Source: Chloroflexi bacterium RBG_13_51_36
Lineage (GTDB): Bacteria; Chloroflexota; Dehalococcoidia; GIF9; AB-539-J10
DNA length: 64,000 nucleotides
Direction of reading: 5' to 3'
Assembly: GCA_001796515.1 (NCBI GenBank)
Contig: MGMS01000054.1
Location: 19,481 to 83,480 of the forward strand
Within the stretch, counting starts at the first letter, position 1. Each line of letters opens with the position of its first letter. The translations under genes were made by a program, and so were the position numbers. This document shows positions 9,951 to 19,220 of this stretch, in pieces. A model generated the notes under the pieces. The model was not told the DNA's origin and made no database searches. It saw only the letters and a program-made list of their open reading frames with translations.

Positions 9951-10631
9951 ATGGATCAAGTTAATCCTGGACTTTGCAAGTTGATCGCTTGTGCTGCGGT
10001 CATTGAAGAAATGTCACCCTTTATACCGCCGCGCATGAGCTATGAAGTTCTGGACTTTGGTCTACACACTGACCCCGAGTCACTAAAGATAGCACTCCAG
10101 AATGCGATTGATTCCTCGGCTCCCGATATCGAGACTATCCTATTAGGTTACGGCCTCTGCTCTCAGGCTGTAGTAGGATTAAGGTCAGGTAGCCGTACTT
10201 TAGTCATGCCTCGGGTAGATGACTGCATTGCTATCTTTCTGGGCTCGGCAGCCGAATATCATAAGCAATATGATACTGTACCTGGTACCTATTACTTGAC
10301 CAAGGGGTGGATTGAATCCAATGACACCCCTTTCAGCGAATATGATACTCTGGTCGGACGCTACGGTGAACAGATAGCGCACCGTGTTATAAACAAGATC
10401 CTGAAGAATTACACCAGACTGGCATTTATTAGCACAGGCGATAACAAACTGCAGTACTATCGGGAGCATGCTCGCAGTATGGCTGAGCGATTCACCTTAC
10501 GCTATGAAGAAATCCAAGGCTCAGACGCGATTATCAAAAAGCTGTTATATGGACCTTGGAATGATGAGTTTGTCATTATCCCACCTGGTAAGACTATTTC
10601 CTTTTTTGATTTCAGGGAAAATGGGCCGTAA
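9951..10631 (+). CDS. DUF1638-like protein
   Basis: The motifs ILLGYGLCS...PRVDDCIAIFLGS...PGTYYLTKGW match my recollection of the DUF1638 family, which typically neighbours corrinoid methyltransferase genes. Not checked against a profile. Confidence 0.6.
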   Translation: MDQVNPGLCKLIACAAVIEEMSPFIPPRMSYEVLDFGLHTDPESLKIALQNAIDSSAPDIETILLGYGLCSQAVVGLRSGSRTLVMPRVDDCIAIFLGSAAEYHKQYDTVPGTYYLTKGWIESNDTPFSEYDTLVGRYGEQIAHRVINKILKNYTRLAFISTGDNKLQYYREHARSMAERFTLRYEEIQGSDAIIKKLLYGPWNDEFVIIPPGKTISFFDFRENGP

Positions 10632-10748
10632 TTACCTGTTCTGTGGTAGGCCCAGTTGGTATGATCTCCCCGGAATTGCGAGCATAATCTCTCGCTCAGA
10701 TGGTGGTGACCTGCATCATCAGTCGCACCTAAAGAGATGGGAATGTAG

Positions 10749-12062
10749 TCAAGCTGGCTTGCGAAGTTTTCCCGGGCCAAATGAAGAGTAATCCAGGTCA
10801 TAGAACTGCCTGCATACCGTAAACAGGCCGTACTGCACGCCGCCTAGAACAATTTTCGCCTCGGCAGAATCACGATAATACTTCTCGTAGTTGTTTTCAC
10901 GGACATAACCGAAGGAACCCATGAGCTCCATTCCCCTCAGGATTAGTTCTGATGCTCTCCTGGTAATAAATACATGTACCGCGTGTCCTTTAGCTGCCAT
11001 ACTTACCGAATCCCAGGGACCATAGATCTCCCGATGGTCAAACTGATGCGCCAGTTCCAAAAAAGCGGCTCTGGCCACCGTTATCACCGATGCTATCTCA
11101 CCCAATATGGCAGCTGATGAAAGGTGCTGATTGACCGGTTTTCCGCCAACCACCCTCTTTCCTGTGTAGTCAACGAGGACATCGAAGGCCCCTTGCAGAA
11201 TACCTGTGGCATGTCCCGAGTTCATAGCCATAGGAGCAGCCAGGATTTCCTGAAAGACAGCCCAGGCTTCAGGCCCCTGAAGTCCCCATTCCCTGGGCAC
11301 CCGGACGTCATCAAAATAGGTAGAGGTGTTTCGGTCACCCTGCATGCCGCATTTGACCTCAAATTTGCCATGGGAAACGCCGGGCCAGGGTTCGGGAACA
11401 TAAATCAAAGCAAGGGCATCTTTTCCCAGCTTCGGGTCTATATTGCAGACCACGCAATTGAGGTCAGCTATGCCACTATTAGATGCCCAAAACTTGTTTC
11501 CGTTTATTACCCACTCGTTACCTTCAAGTTTGGCCCTCACGCCTATCGTTCTGCCTTCGTTCAGGGTATTCTCAATATCAACGGACGATTCGACTTCGCT
11601 AAAGTTCATGCAGGCAACGGCCAACTCCTTGCCGGTAAACTTGGGGGAAAATTCATCAAGTACCGCTTTCGCCCATGCCTTTGCCTTCGGAGAAAAGGGG
11701 CCGATATAGGCTGTGAATGCCGGTTGCCAACCCCAGTCGGTGCAGGCACTATGCATACTTATGCCATAGTCGCCGCGTCCTATCTGCTCCTGCTTGAGGG
11801 CAGCGCCGACAACGGTGCCCTTCTCTGCGGTGCCGCCATACTCCTCCGGTATCATGCTTTTCTGAGAACCAAGGTCTACCTGCAGTTTCTTCAGGATGGG
11901 GGTAATTATTTTTTCATGGGTTACATCATCGTCAATCTTGTCACGAACCGGCATAATTTCCTTGTCGGTAAAATCAGCAAACACCTGCTGCAGCATCCGT
12001 TGTTCTTCATTAACAAAACACTCCGGGTATTGTAACTTGTACCACTGACTGGTCTGATTCAT
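10749..12062 (-). CDS. acyl-CoA dehydrogenase family protein
   Basis: 437 aa. The N-terminal helical domain (EEQRMLQQVFADFTDKEIMP), middle beta domain and C-terminal helical domain follow the ACAD layout. An AAAGGAGGG SD is present. Confidence 0.75.
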   Translation of the reverse strand: MNQTSQWYKLQYPECFVNEEQRMLQQVFADFTDKEIMPVRDKIDDDVTHEKIITPILKKLQVDLGSQKSMIPEEYGGTAEKGTVVGAALKQEQIGRGDYGISMHSACTDWGWQPAFTAYIGPFSPKAKAWAKAVLDEFSPKFTGKELAVACMNFSEVESSVDIENTLNEGRTIGVRAKLEGNEWVINGNKFWASNSGIADLNCVVCNIDPKLGKDALALIYVPEPWPGVSHGKFEVKCGMQGDRNTSTYFDDVRVPREWGLQGPEAWAVFQEILAAPMAMNSGHATGILQGAFDVLVDYTGKRVVGGKPVNQHLSSAAILGEIASVITVARAAFLELAHQFDHREIYGPWDSVSMAAKGHAVHVFITRRASELILRGMELMGSFGYVRENNYEKYYRDSAEAKIVLGGVQYGLFTVCRQFYDLDYSSFGPGKLRKPA

Positions 12063-12289
12063 TACCTATCCCTCCTTTGGTCGCACATTTCTTATCAAAT
12101 TCCGCGTTTCGACATTAGACCTCTTTAGCTAATAGATGCTCTAAATCCGTCGTTACCAGCTTTCCCAATCCCTTTCTACCTCTCCTCTGCTGTGCAGTAC
12201 GGGGTCACCCGTGCTGGAAACCCCAACATCCGACATATCATTCCAACCTGCTTTGCCATATCCAGAAGCAAAGCCACCCAATATGGTAG

Positions 12290-13039
12290 TTAGACACCAA
12301 TGTCCTGCCTCAAGGATCTCACGATTTTCCTGGCTTTCTTCTTATGTTCCTCTCTGCCTATGGTGTAAGAGTGCGGCACCCAGTTCATGTCCTGCAGATT
12401 CTTCACGATACTGGGAAGCAGATTCCGGGGCATAGATATAAGCAGCACGCCTTCGGGAAATAGCCTTCTTGACCTCATGCCGAAACTAAAACCGGGCATC
12501 GTGAAATTTAGTTCGCCACTTACGTACGGGTAAATATACAGCCAGGCACATGCCGCCACCGGTGTCCCCTTGGCAGACCACATATTTCCCGTCGTATAAC
12601 TGTTGGCTCTCAGTATGATTTCTGTCTGGTTCGGGTCGGCGGTGATAACTAATACGTCCGGCTCGAATGACAGTTTGTCCAAAGGAGCGAAAGCGACATA
12701 GTCAGCGGTATCCTTAGCGAGTCTCGGAAGGAATTGATAGATTCTTCTGTTGGCACGCGCGTTCTTGAAGACTTCTAACTTGGGACCTACCCGTCCGCTC
12801 TCGAAAACCGGGTCGCTATCCACCATGCCCAATATCAGTGGCCCTACGCACGTAAAGTTCTTTTTGGTCACATAGAAAATGTTGCCATTTTGCGCTTCCA
12901 CAAGCATCTCGCAAAAATCTAGAATCTTGTCTAGCCTTTTCATTCCACCCGGTTTGGCAGACAAGAACTTGACACCCACGGGTTTTCTGTCGAATTCAAA
13001 TCTGTTAAATATGGATAAGTCGTGTTGAGTTGAACTCAT
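12290..13039 (-). CDS. DUF169 domain protein
   Basis: The N-terminus FDRKPVGVKFL...FCEM...FTCVGP is typical of DUF169. A GGGAGG SD is present. Confidence 0.7.
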   Translation of the reverse strand: MSSTQHDLSIFNRFEFDRKPVGVKFLSAKPGGMKRLDKILDFCEMLVEAQNGNIFYVTKKNFTCVGPLILGMVDSDPVFESGRVGPKLEVFKNARANRRIYQFLPRLAKDTADYVAFAPLDKLSFEPDVLVITADPNQTEIILRANSYTTGNMWSAKGTPVAACAWLYIYPYVSGELNFTMPGFSFGMRSRRLFPEGVLLISMPRNLLPSIVKNLQDMNWVPHSYTIGREEHKKKARKIVRSLRQDIGV

Positions 13040-13079
13040 GGCAACCTCCCTTCCGGTTTCTTGATATACCTGCTGTCAT

Positions 13080-13862
13080 TTACTGCACTATATGGTGACC
13101 ACAGTTGACGACAAGAGTGTGCCCGGTTATCCCACTGGACTCATCTGAAGCCAGGAATACTGCAGCAGCAGCTACCTCAGCTTCTTCAGTCGGTCTGTGG
13201 AGAGAATAGTCTGCAGCAATCTTACTCATTAACTCGTCGAAAGGAACCCCGGTAGCCTTGGACCTGCCCATTACCACATTAGTAAGACGTTCTCCTTTGA
13301 CCGCAGCCGGGCTAATGCAGTTGACACGAATGTTGTATTGTCCCACCTCAATAGCCAGCGTTTCGGTCAATCCAATGAGACCCCACTTGGAAACACAGTA
13401 AGGACTTCTCATAGGATACCCGAACCTACCGCCATCGCTACCTATATTTATTATATTGCCCTTTCTGTGCGGGATCATGTATCGAAGCACCTCCCTGACA
13501 CAGAGCATGCTTCCGGTTAGATTGACGGCCAGCACCTCGTTCCAATCCTGTAGTCTCAAGTCAGCGACATTGACAGTAGGTCCACCGATGCCACTATTAT
13601 TAACCAGTATATCGACCTTGCCGTAATCATTGAGAGTATCGACTACCAGCCGCTGCACTTGTTTTTCATCAGAAACGTCGGTTTGTACGGCTTTTACCCT
13701 ACCTCTCGTTGATTTGATCTTCTCAACTGTCTCATCTAGACAAGAGGAAGTTCGAGCCGCTATCACTACTATTGCCCCCTCAGAAGCAAAGGCCATCGAG
13801 ATAGCCTTGCCGATGCCTCTTCCACCGCCAGTGACGATAGCTACTCTGTCTTTTAACCGCAT
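13080..13862 (-). CDS. SDR family oxidoreductase
   Basis: Has TGGGRGIGKA, NNSGI and Y-x3-K (YCVSK). A GGGAGGG SD is present. Confidence 0.9.
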   Translation of the reverse strand: MRLKDRVAIVTGGGRGIGKAISMAFASEGAIVVIAARTSSCLDETVEKIKSTRGRVKAVQTDVSDEKQVQRLVVDTLNDYGKVDILVNNSGIGGPTVNVADLRLQDWNEVLAVNLTGSMLCVREVLRYMIPHRKGNIINIGSDGGRFGYPMRSPYCVSKWGLIGLTETLAIEVGQYNIRVNCISPAAVKGERLTNVVMGRSKATGVPFDELMSKIAADYSLHRPTEEAEVAAAAVFLASDESSGITGHTLVVNCGHHIVQ

Positions 13863-14034
13863 GTATCGTGCCCTCCCTTAAGCGCCAGTTTGATGTCTAT
13901 AGTAATGCTCGCATCGCGAATCGCAGTGTCCCTGCGGGCCGCAACACAGACATCTGGTCACTTCTCAACAGCAAAGACGCACCGTAGAGCACCCCCTCCC
14001 CTCCCTCTTTGCTAATCTGTTTCTCTACTTGACG

Positions 14035-14829
14035 TCAATGACTGAACCAATCGGGGTAGATCTGTGTGAACACTACTGAGGATACAGAGGGATCGCACGA
14101 GGGCCCGAGATACTTAATAGGGAAGCCAATTCGTCTTGCCTCGAGCGCCTGCAATCCCTCGACTGCCTTCGCCATCATTCGCGGTGGCAGCGCCATAATC
14201 ATCTCATCCTCGGTAACGGTGCCGAACTCCCTCTCTCCCAGACAGGGAATAGCCAGCGCCGGCTTACCAGTAGTGTAGCACTGAGCTAACCCATCGGCAC
14301 AGGACCCTTCCCCGATGAAAAAGAACTGAAAGCGCTCGTAGTCCTTAAACTGGAGCCCATTCATCAGGAACATCATCTGGGCAGGGTTACCGTATATTAA
14401 TATAACATCGGGGTCGAATTTGCCACTAGCCAACGGGGCGAGGACGACGGCTTCTCCGGCCGGAATCAAGGGATATGCCGCCATCTGTTTTCTGGCTTCT
14501 TCGACATTGGCAAACCAGGTCCTGGCAAAAGCACTCGCCTCCCAAGCCACCTCCTTTTCGGTGGTCGGCGCCAGACCATTGAGTCGGGCACAGCGCTCAC
14601 CCAAATTGTCTCTGGTCACCCCCACCGTCAAACCTATTCTTCGCACTAGGGCTGTCACCTGACAAAAAGTGGCCCGGCGGTCAAGTCGTATCACCTCTGG
14701 TATCTCATCCAGCTCCGCCGTTTTCTCCAGCCTTTTGTAGGCAATGGGGCTTGTTCCTAGCCGAAGCAAACGCTCAAGCTCACGGGTAAGCTTTGCCCAG
14801 TCAACCGCTGGGGTTTGTTTCTTGTCCAC
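14035..14829 (-). CDS. DUF169 domain protein (second copy)
   Basis: SPIAYKRL...ATFCQV...ERC follows the DUF169-like layout. I chose the GTG at 14829 because AAGGAGG lies 7 nt upstream of it. The track ORF extends to a TTG at 14898. Confidence 0.6.
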   Translation of the reverse strand: MDKKQTPAVDWAKLTRELERLLRLGTSPIAYKRLEKTAELDEIPEVIRLDRRATFCQVTALVRRIGLTVGVTRDNLGERCARLNGLAPTTEKEVAWEASAFARTWFANVEEARKQMAAYPLIPAGEAVVLAPLASGKFDPDVILIYGNPAQMMFLMNGLQFKDYERFQFFFIGEGSCADGLAQCYTTGKPALAIPCLGEREFGTVTEDEMIMALPPRMMAKAVEGLQALEARRIGFPIKYLGPSCDPSVSSVVFTQIYPDWFSH

Positions 14830-15138
14830 TTGTTTCCTCCTTTCCTGCGTTCCTTGTTCAGCAAAAGAATCATAGGCAGTCCAGCATGTGATTGTCAATG
14901 TTATGCATCCGCCCTTACTGCTTTCTTAAAGGTGCTGCCATTATAATGCCATGGCCCACGTGCGATACTATTTTGATCGAAGGAGCACAGACCGGCGTCT
15001 CTGGTGACGCATCTTCCCTGTCACTGCGACGAGCGGGAGTGATGAAATAACCCCTATTATCAAGGGAAGCTCTCGATCCCATTCTCGCATCGGCGGCAGA
15101 TGATGAGGCTCAAATATCGAACGACCAAAACACTGCGG

Positions 15139-15333
15139 CTATTGAGGCGTGTACTCGGGTGCTCTGCGATAAGGGGGTTTATAGTCCGGGTCTTTCAGAT
15201 ACGGACATGTATCACCGCATGTCTGTTTATTAGGGCATTTAATAGCATGAGATTTGTCATCATACTTCACAATGTAAGCATTGACATGATGAACCGGGCA
15301 GCTTATGCGACGCCTCTCAACCATACTTGCCAT
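15139..15333 (-). CDS. small Cys-rich hypothetical protein (4 Cys)
   Basis: 64-aa ORF starting 6 nt after the stop of the upstream gene, so the two may be translationally coupled. No family recognised. Confidence 0.35.
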   Translation of the reverse strand: MASMVERRRISCPVHHVNAYIVKYDDKSHAIKCPNKQTCGDTCPYLKDPDYKPPYRRAPEYTPQ

Positions 15334-15339
15334 GCTTGA

Positions 15340-15780
15340 TCATTTCTCCTTGAGAAGCGCTCTCAGCTTATCTTCCCGGTCCTTTCTCTTTTTGGCCACT
15401 ATTAGAAAGGTCCTGGGCACATCTGCCATGAACGCTTTCGATTGTTCGGCAGCGTCTGTGTAGAAAGAGATAAGCTTCTGCTCCATATTAACGGCCTGAT
15501 TCAGGGCATCAGCGTAGCCCAGCCCTTTCGCGAGTTGTTTTTCGATCACATATTTGTCGGTTTCCACAGTGAAGGCAAAACACCCTTCAATGGCATCGGT
15601 GATAACGCCGTAATATGCTCTTTCAATCATCGTTGCGTACTTGCCATTCTCTCTGGCAAAGGCGAGAGAAAGCGCTGCCGCTTCGGGATACCTTTGTGCC
15701 ATTTCTTGATAGAAGCCACTGGAATCCGCCTCCAGTTGCTTGGCAAAACTCATAACCGAGGCGCTTGTGTTCAGCTGCAT
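15340..15780 (-). CDS. hypothetical all-helical protein (ferritin-like fold suspected, no ExxH motifs)
   Basis: 146-aa ORF with a strong GGGAGG SD, lying between the aldehyde dehydrogenase and the Cys-rich ORF. Confidence 0.5.
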   Translation of the reverse strand: MQLNTSASVMSFAKQLEADSSGFYQEMAQRYPEAAALSLAFARENGKYATMIERAYYGVITDAIEGCFAFTVETDKYVIEKQLAKGLGYADALNQAVNMEQKLISFYTDAAEQSKAFMADVPRTFLIVAKKRKDREDKLRALLKEK

Positions 15781-15798
15781 TTTATGTATCCTCCCTTA

Positions 15799-17292
15799 CT
15801 AGGGCCACCTTTCAATTACCACCTTGCTCTCTGTAAAGAACCGGACGGCTTCCTTGCCCTGAGTATGCAGGATCCCAAAGAAGGAGTCGCGAATCCCGCT
15901 GAAGGGGAAAAATGCCATGGGTGCCACTATCCCAACGTTTATACCAACGTTCCCACTGTTGACTCTATACTTGAATTCGCGGGCAGTCCTTCCGTTCGAG
16001 GTAAAAACAGCATCCGCATTATGGAAGGGATTGGCGTTACATATTTCAATTGCCTCATCAAGAGTCTTGACACGGATGATTCCCATGGTGGGACCGAATA
16101 TCTCCTCGGTGACTATCTTCATTCGAGGTTCAACCTTTTCCATTATGGTTGGGCCCAGGAAACAGGTATCGGGGTAGTCTCCTTTGATTTTGAAATCACT
16201 CCTGCCATCAAGTATTAACTTAGCCCCGGCCTTAATACCATCGCTGATATATGAAAGTATTTTTTTCTTTTTGTCCGCATCACGGACAGGACCCATCTGA
16301 ACTTCTTCATCAAGGCCATTACCGATTACTATTCTCTTGGCCGTGTCTACGACGCCTTTAACAAATTCGCTGTAGAAGCGGTCGTCATCGCCAACAACAA
16401 CGGTATTCTGGCCGGCCAGGCAGCGTTGCCCCGCATTACCGAAGAAAGACGTCATCAGCGCCGGTATGGTTGCTCTCAAGCTGCAATCCGGCATGATTAC
16501 CATGAAGTTTGAGGCTCCGCCCTGGGCAATGACCCGCTTGCCGGTGGCGCCACACCTAGGGTAGATAACATTCTTGGCAGTCGGGGTTGAGCCGACAAAA
16601 GTGATACCTTCAATATCGGGATGGTCCAGCATTCCGTTCACCACCGTTCTTCCACCATTCACCACGTTCCAGACGCCGGGAGGAAAACCTGCTTCATCTA
16701 CAAGTTCAGCGATCTTCATCTGGCTTAAGGGAACCTCGCTTGATGGTTTAATTATGACGCAGTTGCCGGTCGCCACGGCGTAGGGTGCCGACCAGAGCGG
16801 GATCATGAACGGGAAATTAAAAGGTCCGATGATGCCAAAGACGCCCAACGGTGTAGGAATAAGATATTCATCGATGCCGGACGCGATATCTTCAGAATTG
16901 TAACCCTGCATCAGGGTCGGAATACCACAGGCGACTTCCACATTTTCAATGCCGCGCCTGGTCTCACCTCTGGATTCATCAATTGTCTTTCCATGCTCCT
17001 GAGTTTGCACTCTGCTCAACTCTTCAAAATTTGTCTCAAGCAACTCCTTTAGACGGAAGAGGCATCTGGCACGAGCCACCGGCGGAGTTCTCCGCCAATC
17101 AGGGAAAGCGGCTTTGGCCGCCTCGACTGCGGCATCAATCTCTTCCTTTGTTGAAATGGGGACCCTCGCAATCACTTTGCCATTGATCGGGTTGACCACA
17201 TCCTGAATCTCACCCTGGGAATCAACCCATTCTCCATCAATGTAATTTTTGACTTCTACTATCCCTTTTACTGGTTCTTCCAAAATTGCCAT
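15799..17292 (-). CDS. mmsA: CoA-acylating methylmalonate-semialdehyde dehydrogenase-like aldehyde dehydrogenase
   Basis: 497 aa. The C-terminal PMAFFPFSG...SFFG..H..GKEAVRFFTE motif is characteristic of the MmsA/IolA subgroup. EEIFGP and a catalytic Cys region are present. Confidence 0.8.
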   Translation of the reverse strand: MAILEEPVKGIVEVKNYIDGEWVDSQGEIQDVVNPINGKVIARVPISTKEEIDAAVEAAKAAFPDWRRTPPVARARCLFRLKELLETNFEELSRVQTQEHGKTIDESRGETRRGIENVEVACGIPTLMQGYNSEDIASGIDEYLIPTPLGVFGIIGPFNFPFMIPLWSAPYAVATGNCVIIKPSSEVPLSQMKIAELVDEAGFPPGVWNVVNGGRTVVNGMLDHPDIEGITFVGSTPTAKNVIYPRCGATGKRVIAQGGASNFMVIMPDCSLRATIPALMTSFFGNAGQRCLAGQNTVVVGDDDRFYSEFVKGVVDTAKRIVIGNGLDEEVQMGPVRDADKKKKILSYISDGIKAGAKLILDGRSDFKIKGDYPDTCFLGPTIMEKVEPRMKIVTEEIFGPTMGIIRVKTLDEAIEICNANPFHNADAVFTSNGRTAREFKYRVNSGNVGINVGIVAPMAFFPFSGIRDSFFGILHTQGKEAVRFFTESKVVIERWP

Positions 17293-17717
17293 AGCTACCT
17301 TCCTGAATTTATTTTCTCAGAGTCTTAGAGCATCTCGCGTCCTCGCGGTATGTTGGCCACCAATACATTACCGTGATAGATGGCGTCCCGTCAAGGGGTG
17401 TTGATTGTCGCCGTTAACATCTGCCAGTTTCTCAGGCGCCGCAAGCGATGAATTGAGGTTCCTTCTGTCGCCGGTTCACTTCAAAGTCCTGCATCGATTT
17501 GGTGTTGACATATGACAGAGAAGCTTTTATTATTACTTGAATTCAGTTCCTGCCTTCCCCAACTACTGAGGCGGCCAATCAAGAAAGATGAGGCACTTAT
17601 GAAACTCAGCTCGAAATCTTGTCAAATCTTCCGCATTGACCGTCTGCTGCGTAGCAGGACAGGATATCGACAATGAGACACATTCAGTTTAATAATGATA
17701 GTGAGGGAGATTGAAAA

Positions 17718-19190
17718 TTGAAGGTGAAAACAAGTGCTGGTCTGGCAGACATAATAGGCAAGCAGAAGGTCATCGATAAAGCCCAGGTGCTTGATAGGTA
17801 CTCTCGTGATAATAGCTTTACCCCTTCGATGCGTCCGCGGTTGGTTGTACAACCCCGTAATGCAGATGACGTGCAGAAGATTGTGATGTGGGCCAACCAG
17901 ACAAGAACACCCCTGGTACCGGTAAGTTCCGGCGAGCCACACTTTCGTGGCGATACTGTGCCCAGCGTGCCCGAAGCGGTCATCGTTGACCTGCACCGGA
18001 TGAATAAGATTATCAGAATTGACCGCAGAAACAGGATGGTGGTAATTGAGCCGGGAGTAACCTATACGCAGGTGCAACCAGCCCTGGCGGAGCAGGGCTT
18101 AAGACTCTCCATGCCGCTGCTCCCCCGCCAGTCAAAGTCAGTACTCGCAAGTTTGTTGGAGAGGGAGCCAAGGCTGGAGCCCAAGTACAGCTACACGCTG
18201 CCTGAGCCGTTAAGATGCCTGGAGGTGGTCTGGGGCAATGGAGAGATACAGCGAACCGGTGAAGCAGGCGGATATTACCCCACGCTTGAGCAGCAATGGA
18301 AAATGGGCCTGGCTCAAGTTTTCTCCGGAGGGCCCGGTCAGGTGGACTATTACCGGCTCGTTTCCGGTGCCCAGGGGAGTATGGGCATAGCGACCTGGGC
18401 ATCGGTAAAATGCGAGATTTTGCCCGGGGTGCACAGGTTTTTCCTTATACCGTCGGACGACCTGAAAGACCTGATAGAATGCGCTTACCGGCTGCTGAGG
18501 GTCAGGCTGGGTGATGAGTTCCTTGTACTAAACAGTGTTAACCTGGCTGCTATCTTAAGTAGGGAAGCCGACGGCATAAGAGCCCTGAGAGATAAAGTGG
18601 CGCCATGGGTTCTCATTATGGGAATCGCCGGGCGTGACCTTTTTCCGGAGGAAAGGGTGGACTTTCAAGAAAAAGACACCAGGGACATAGTGCAGCAGTT
18701 CGCCCTAAAATTACTTCCAGCGGTTTCGGGCGTCCGGGGCGGGCAGGTAATGTCAACCATACTCAACCCGTCTTCGGTACCCTACTGGAAGCTAGCCTAC
18801 AAAGGCGGCTGTCAGGACATTTTCTTTATGACTACGCTGGATAAGATTCCGGAGTTTGTCAACACGGTTTTTGCTGGGGCAAATGCGCTGCAATATCCGG
18901 TCTCCGATATCGGTACCTACCTCCAGCCGCAGCACCAGGGCACTTCCTGTCACTGCGAATTCAACCTACCATACGACCCTGGGAACAAGATAGAAGTTGG
19001 CCGTGTCAGAGAATTGCTGCAGACATGCAGTGAAGCTTTGATAAAGCAAGGGGCTTATTTCTCCCGGCCCTACGGCATATGGGCGGATATGGTGTACAAC
19101 CGGGATGCTGCCAACAAGGAAATGATAAAGACCGTCAAAGGGATATTTGACCCCAATAATGTACTGAATCCGGGAAAGCTTTGTTTCTAG
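17718..19190 (+). CDS. FAD-binding oxidoreductase (PCMH-type FAD_binding_4 + FAD-oxidase C-terminal, GlcD-like)
   Basis: VVQPRNADDVQKIV...PLVPVSSG is the FAD-binding motif, and the C-terminal IFDPNNVLNPGK is typical. The start is TTG, with GAGGGAG 8 nt upstream. Confidence 0.8.
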   Translation: MKVKTSAGLADIIGKQKVIDKAQVLDRYSRDNSFTPSMRPRLVVQPRNADDVQKIVMWANQTRTPLVPVSSGEPHFRGDTVPSVPEAVIVDLHRMNKIIRIDRRNRMVVIEPGVTYTQVQPALAEQGLRLSMPLLPRQSKSVLASLLEREPRLEPKYSYTLPEPLRCLEVVWGNGEIQRTGEAGGYYPTLEQQWKMGLAQVFSGGPGQVDYYRLVSGAQGSMGIATWASVKCEILPGVHRFFLIPSDDLKDLIECAYRLLRVRLGDEFLVLNSVNLAAILSREADGIRALRDKVAPWVLIMGIAGRDLFPEERVDFQEKDTRDIVQQFALKLLPAVSGVRGGQVMSTILNPSSVPYWKLAYKGGCQDIFFMTTLDKIPEFVNTVFAGANALQYPVSDIGTYLQPQHQGTSCHCEFNLPYDPGNKIEVGRVRELLQTCSEALIKQGAYFSRPYGIWADMVYNRDAANKEMIKTVKGIFDPNNVLNPGKLCF

Positions 19191-19220
19191 CAAAAATCAG
19201 AAGTTGAGGTGTAAAAGAAC

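Noticed and set aside
10468-10801. ORFs 10468-10791 (+) and 10502-10801 (-) between DUF1638 and the acyl-CoA dehydrogenase.
   Set aside because: They overlap the 3' ends of two convergent real genes, have no SD, and show no motif.
17622-18077. ORF 17622-18077 (-), 151 aa, in and upstream of the FAD-oxidoreductase gene.
   Set aside because: It is mostly antisense to a well-supported gene. The remainder is promoter-region sequence.
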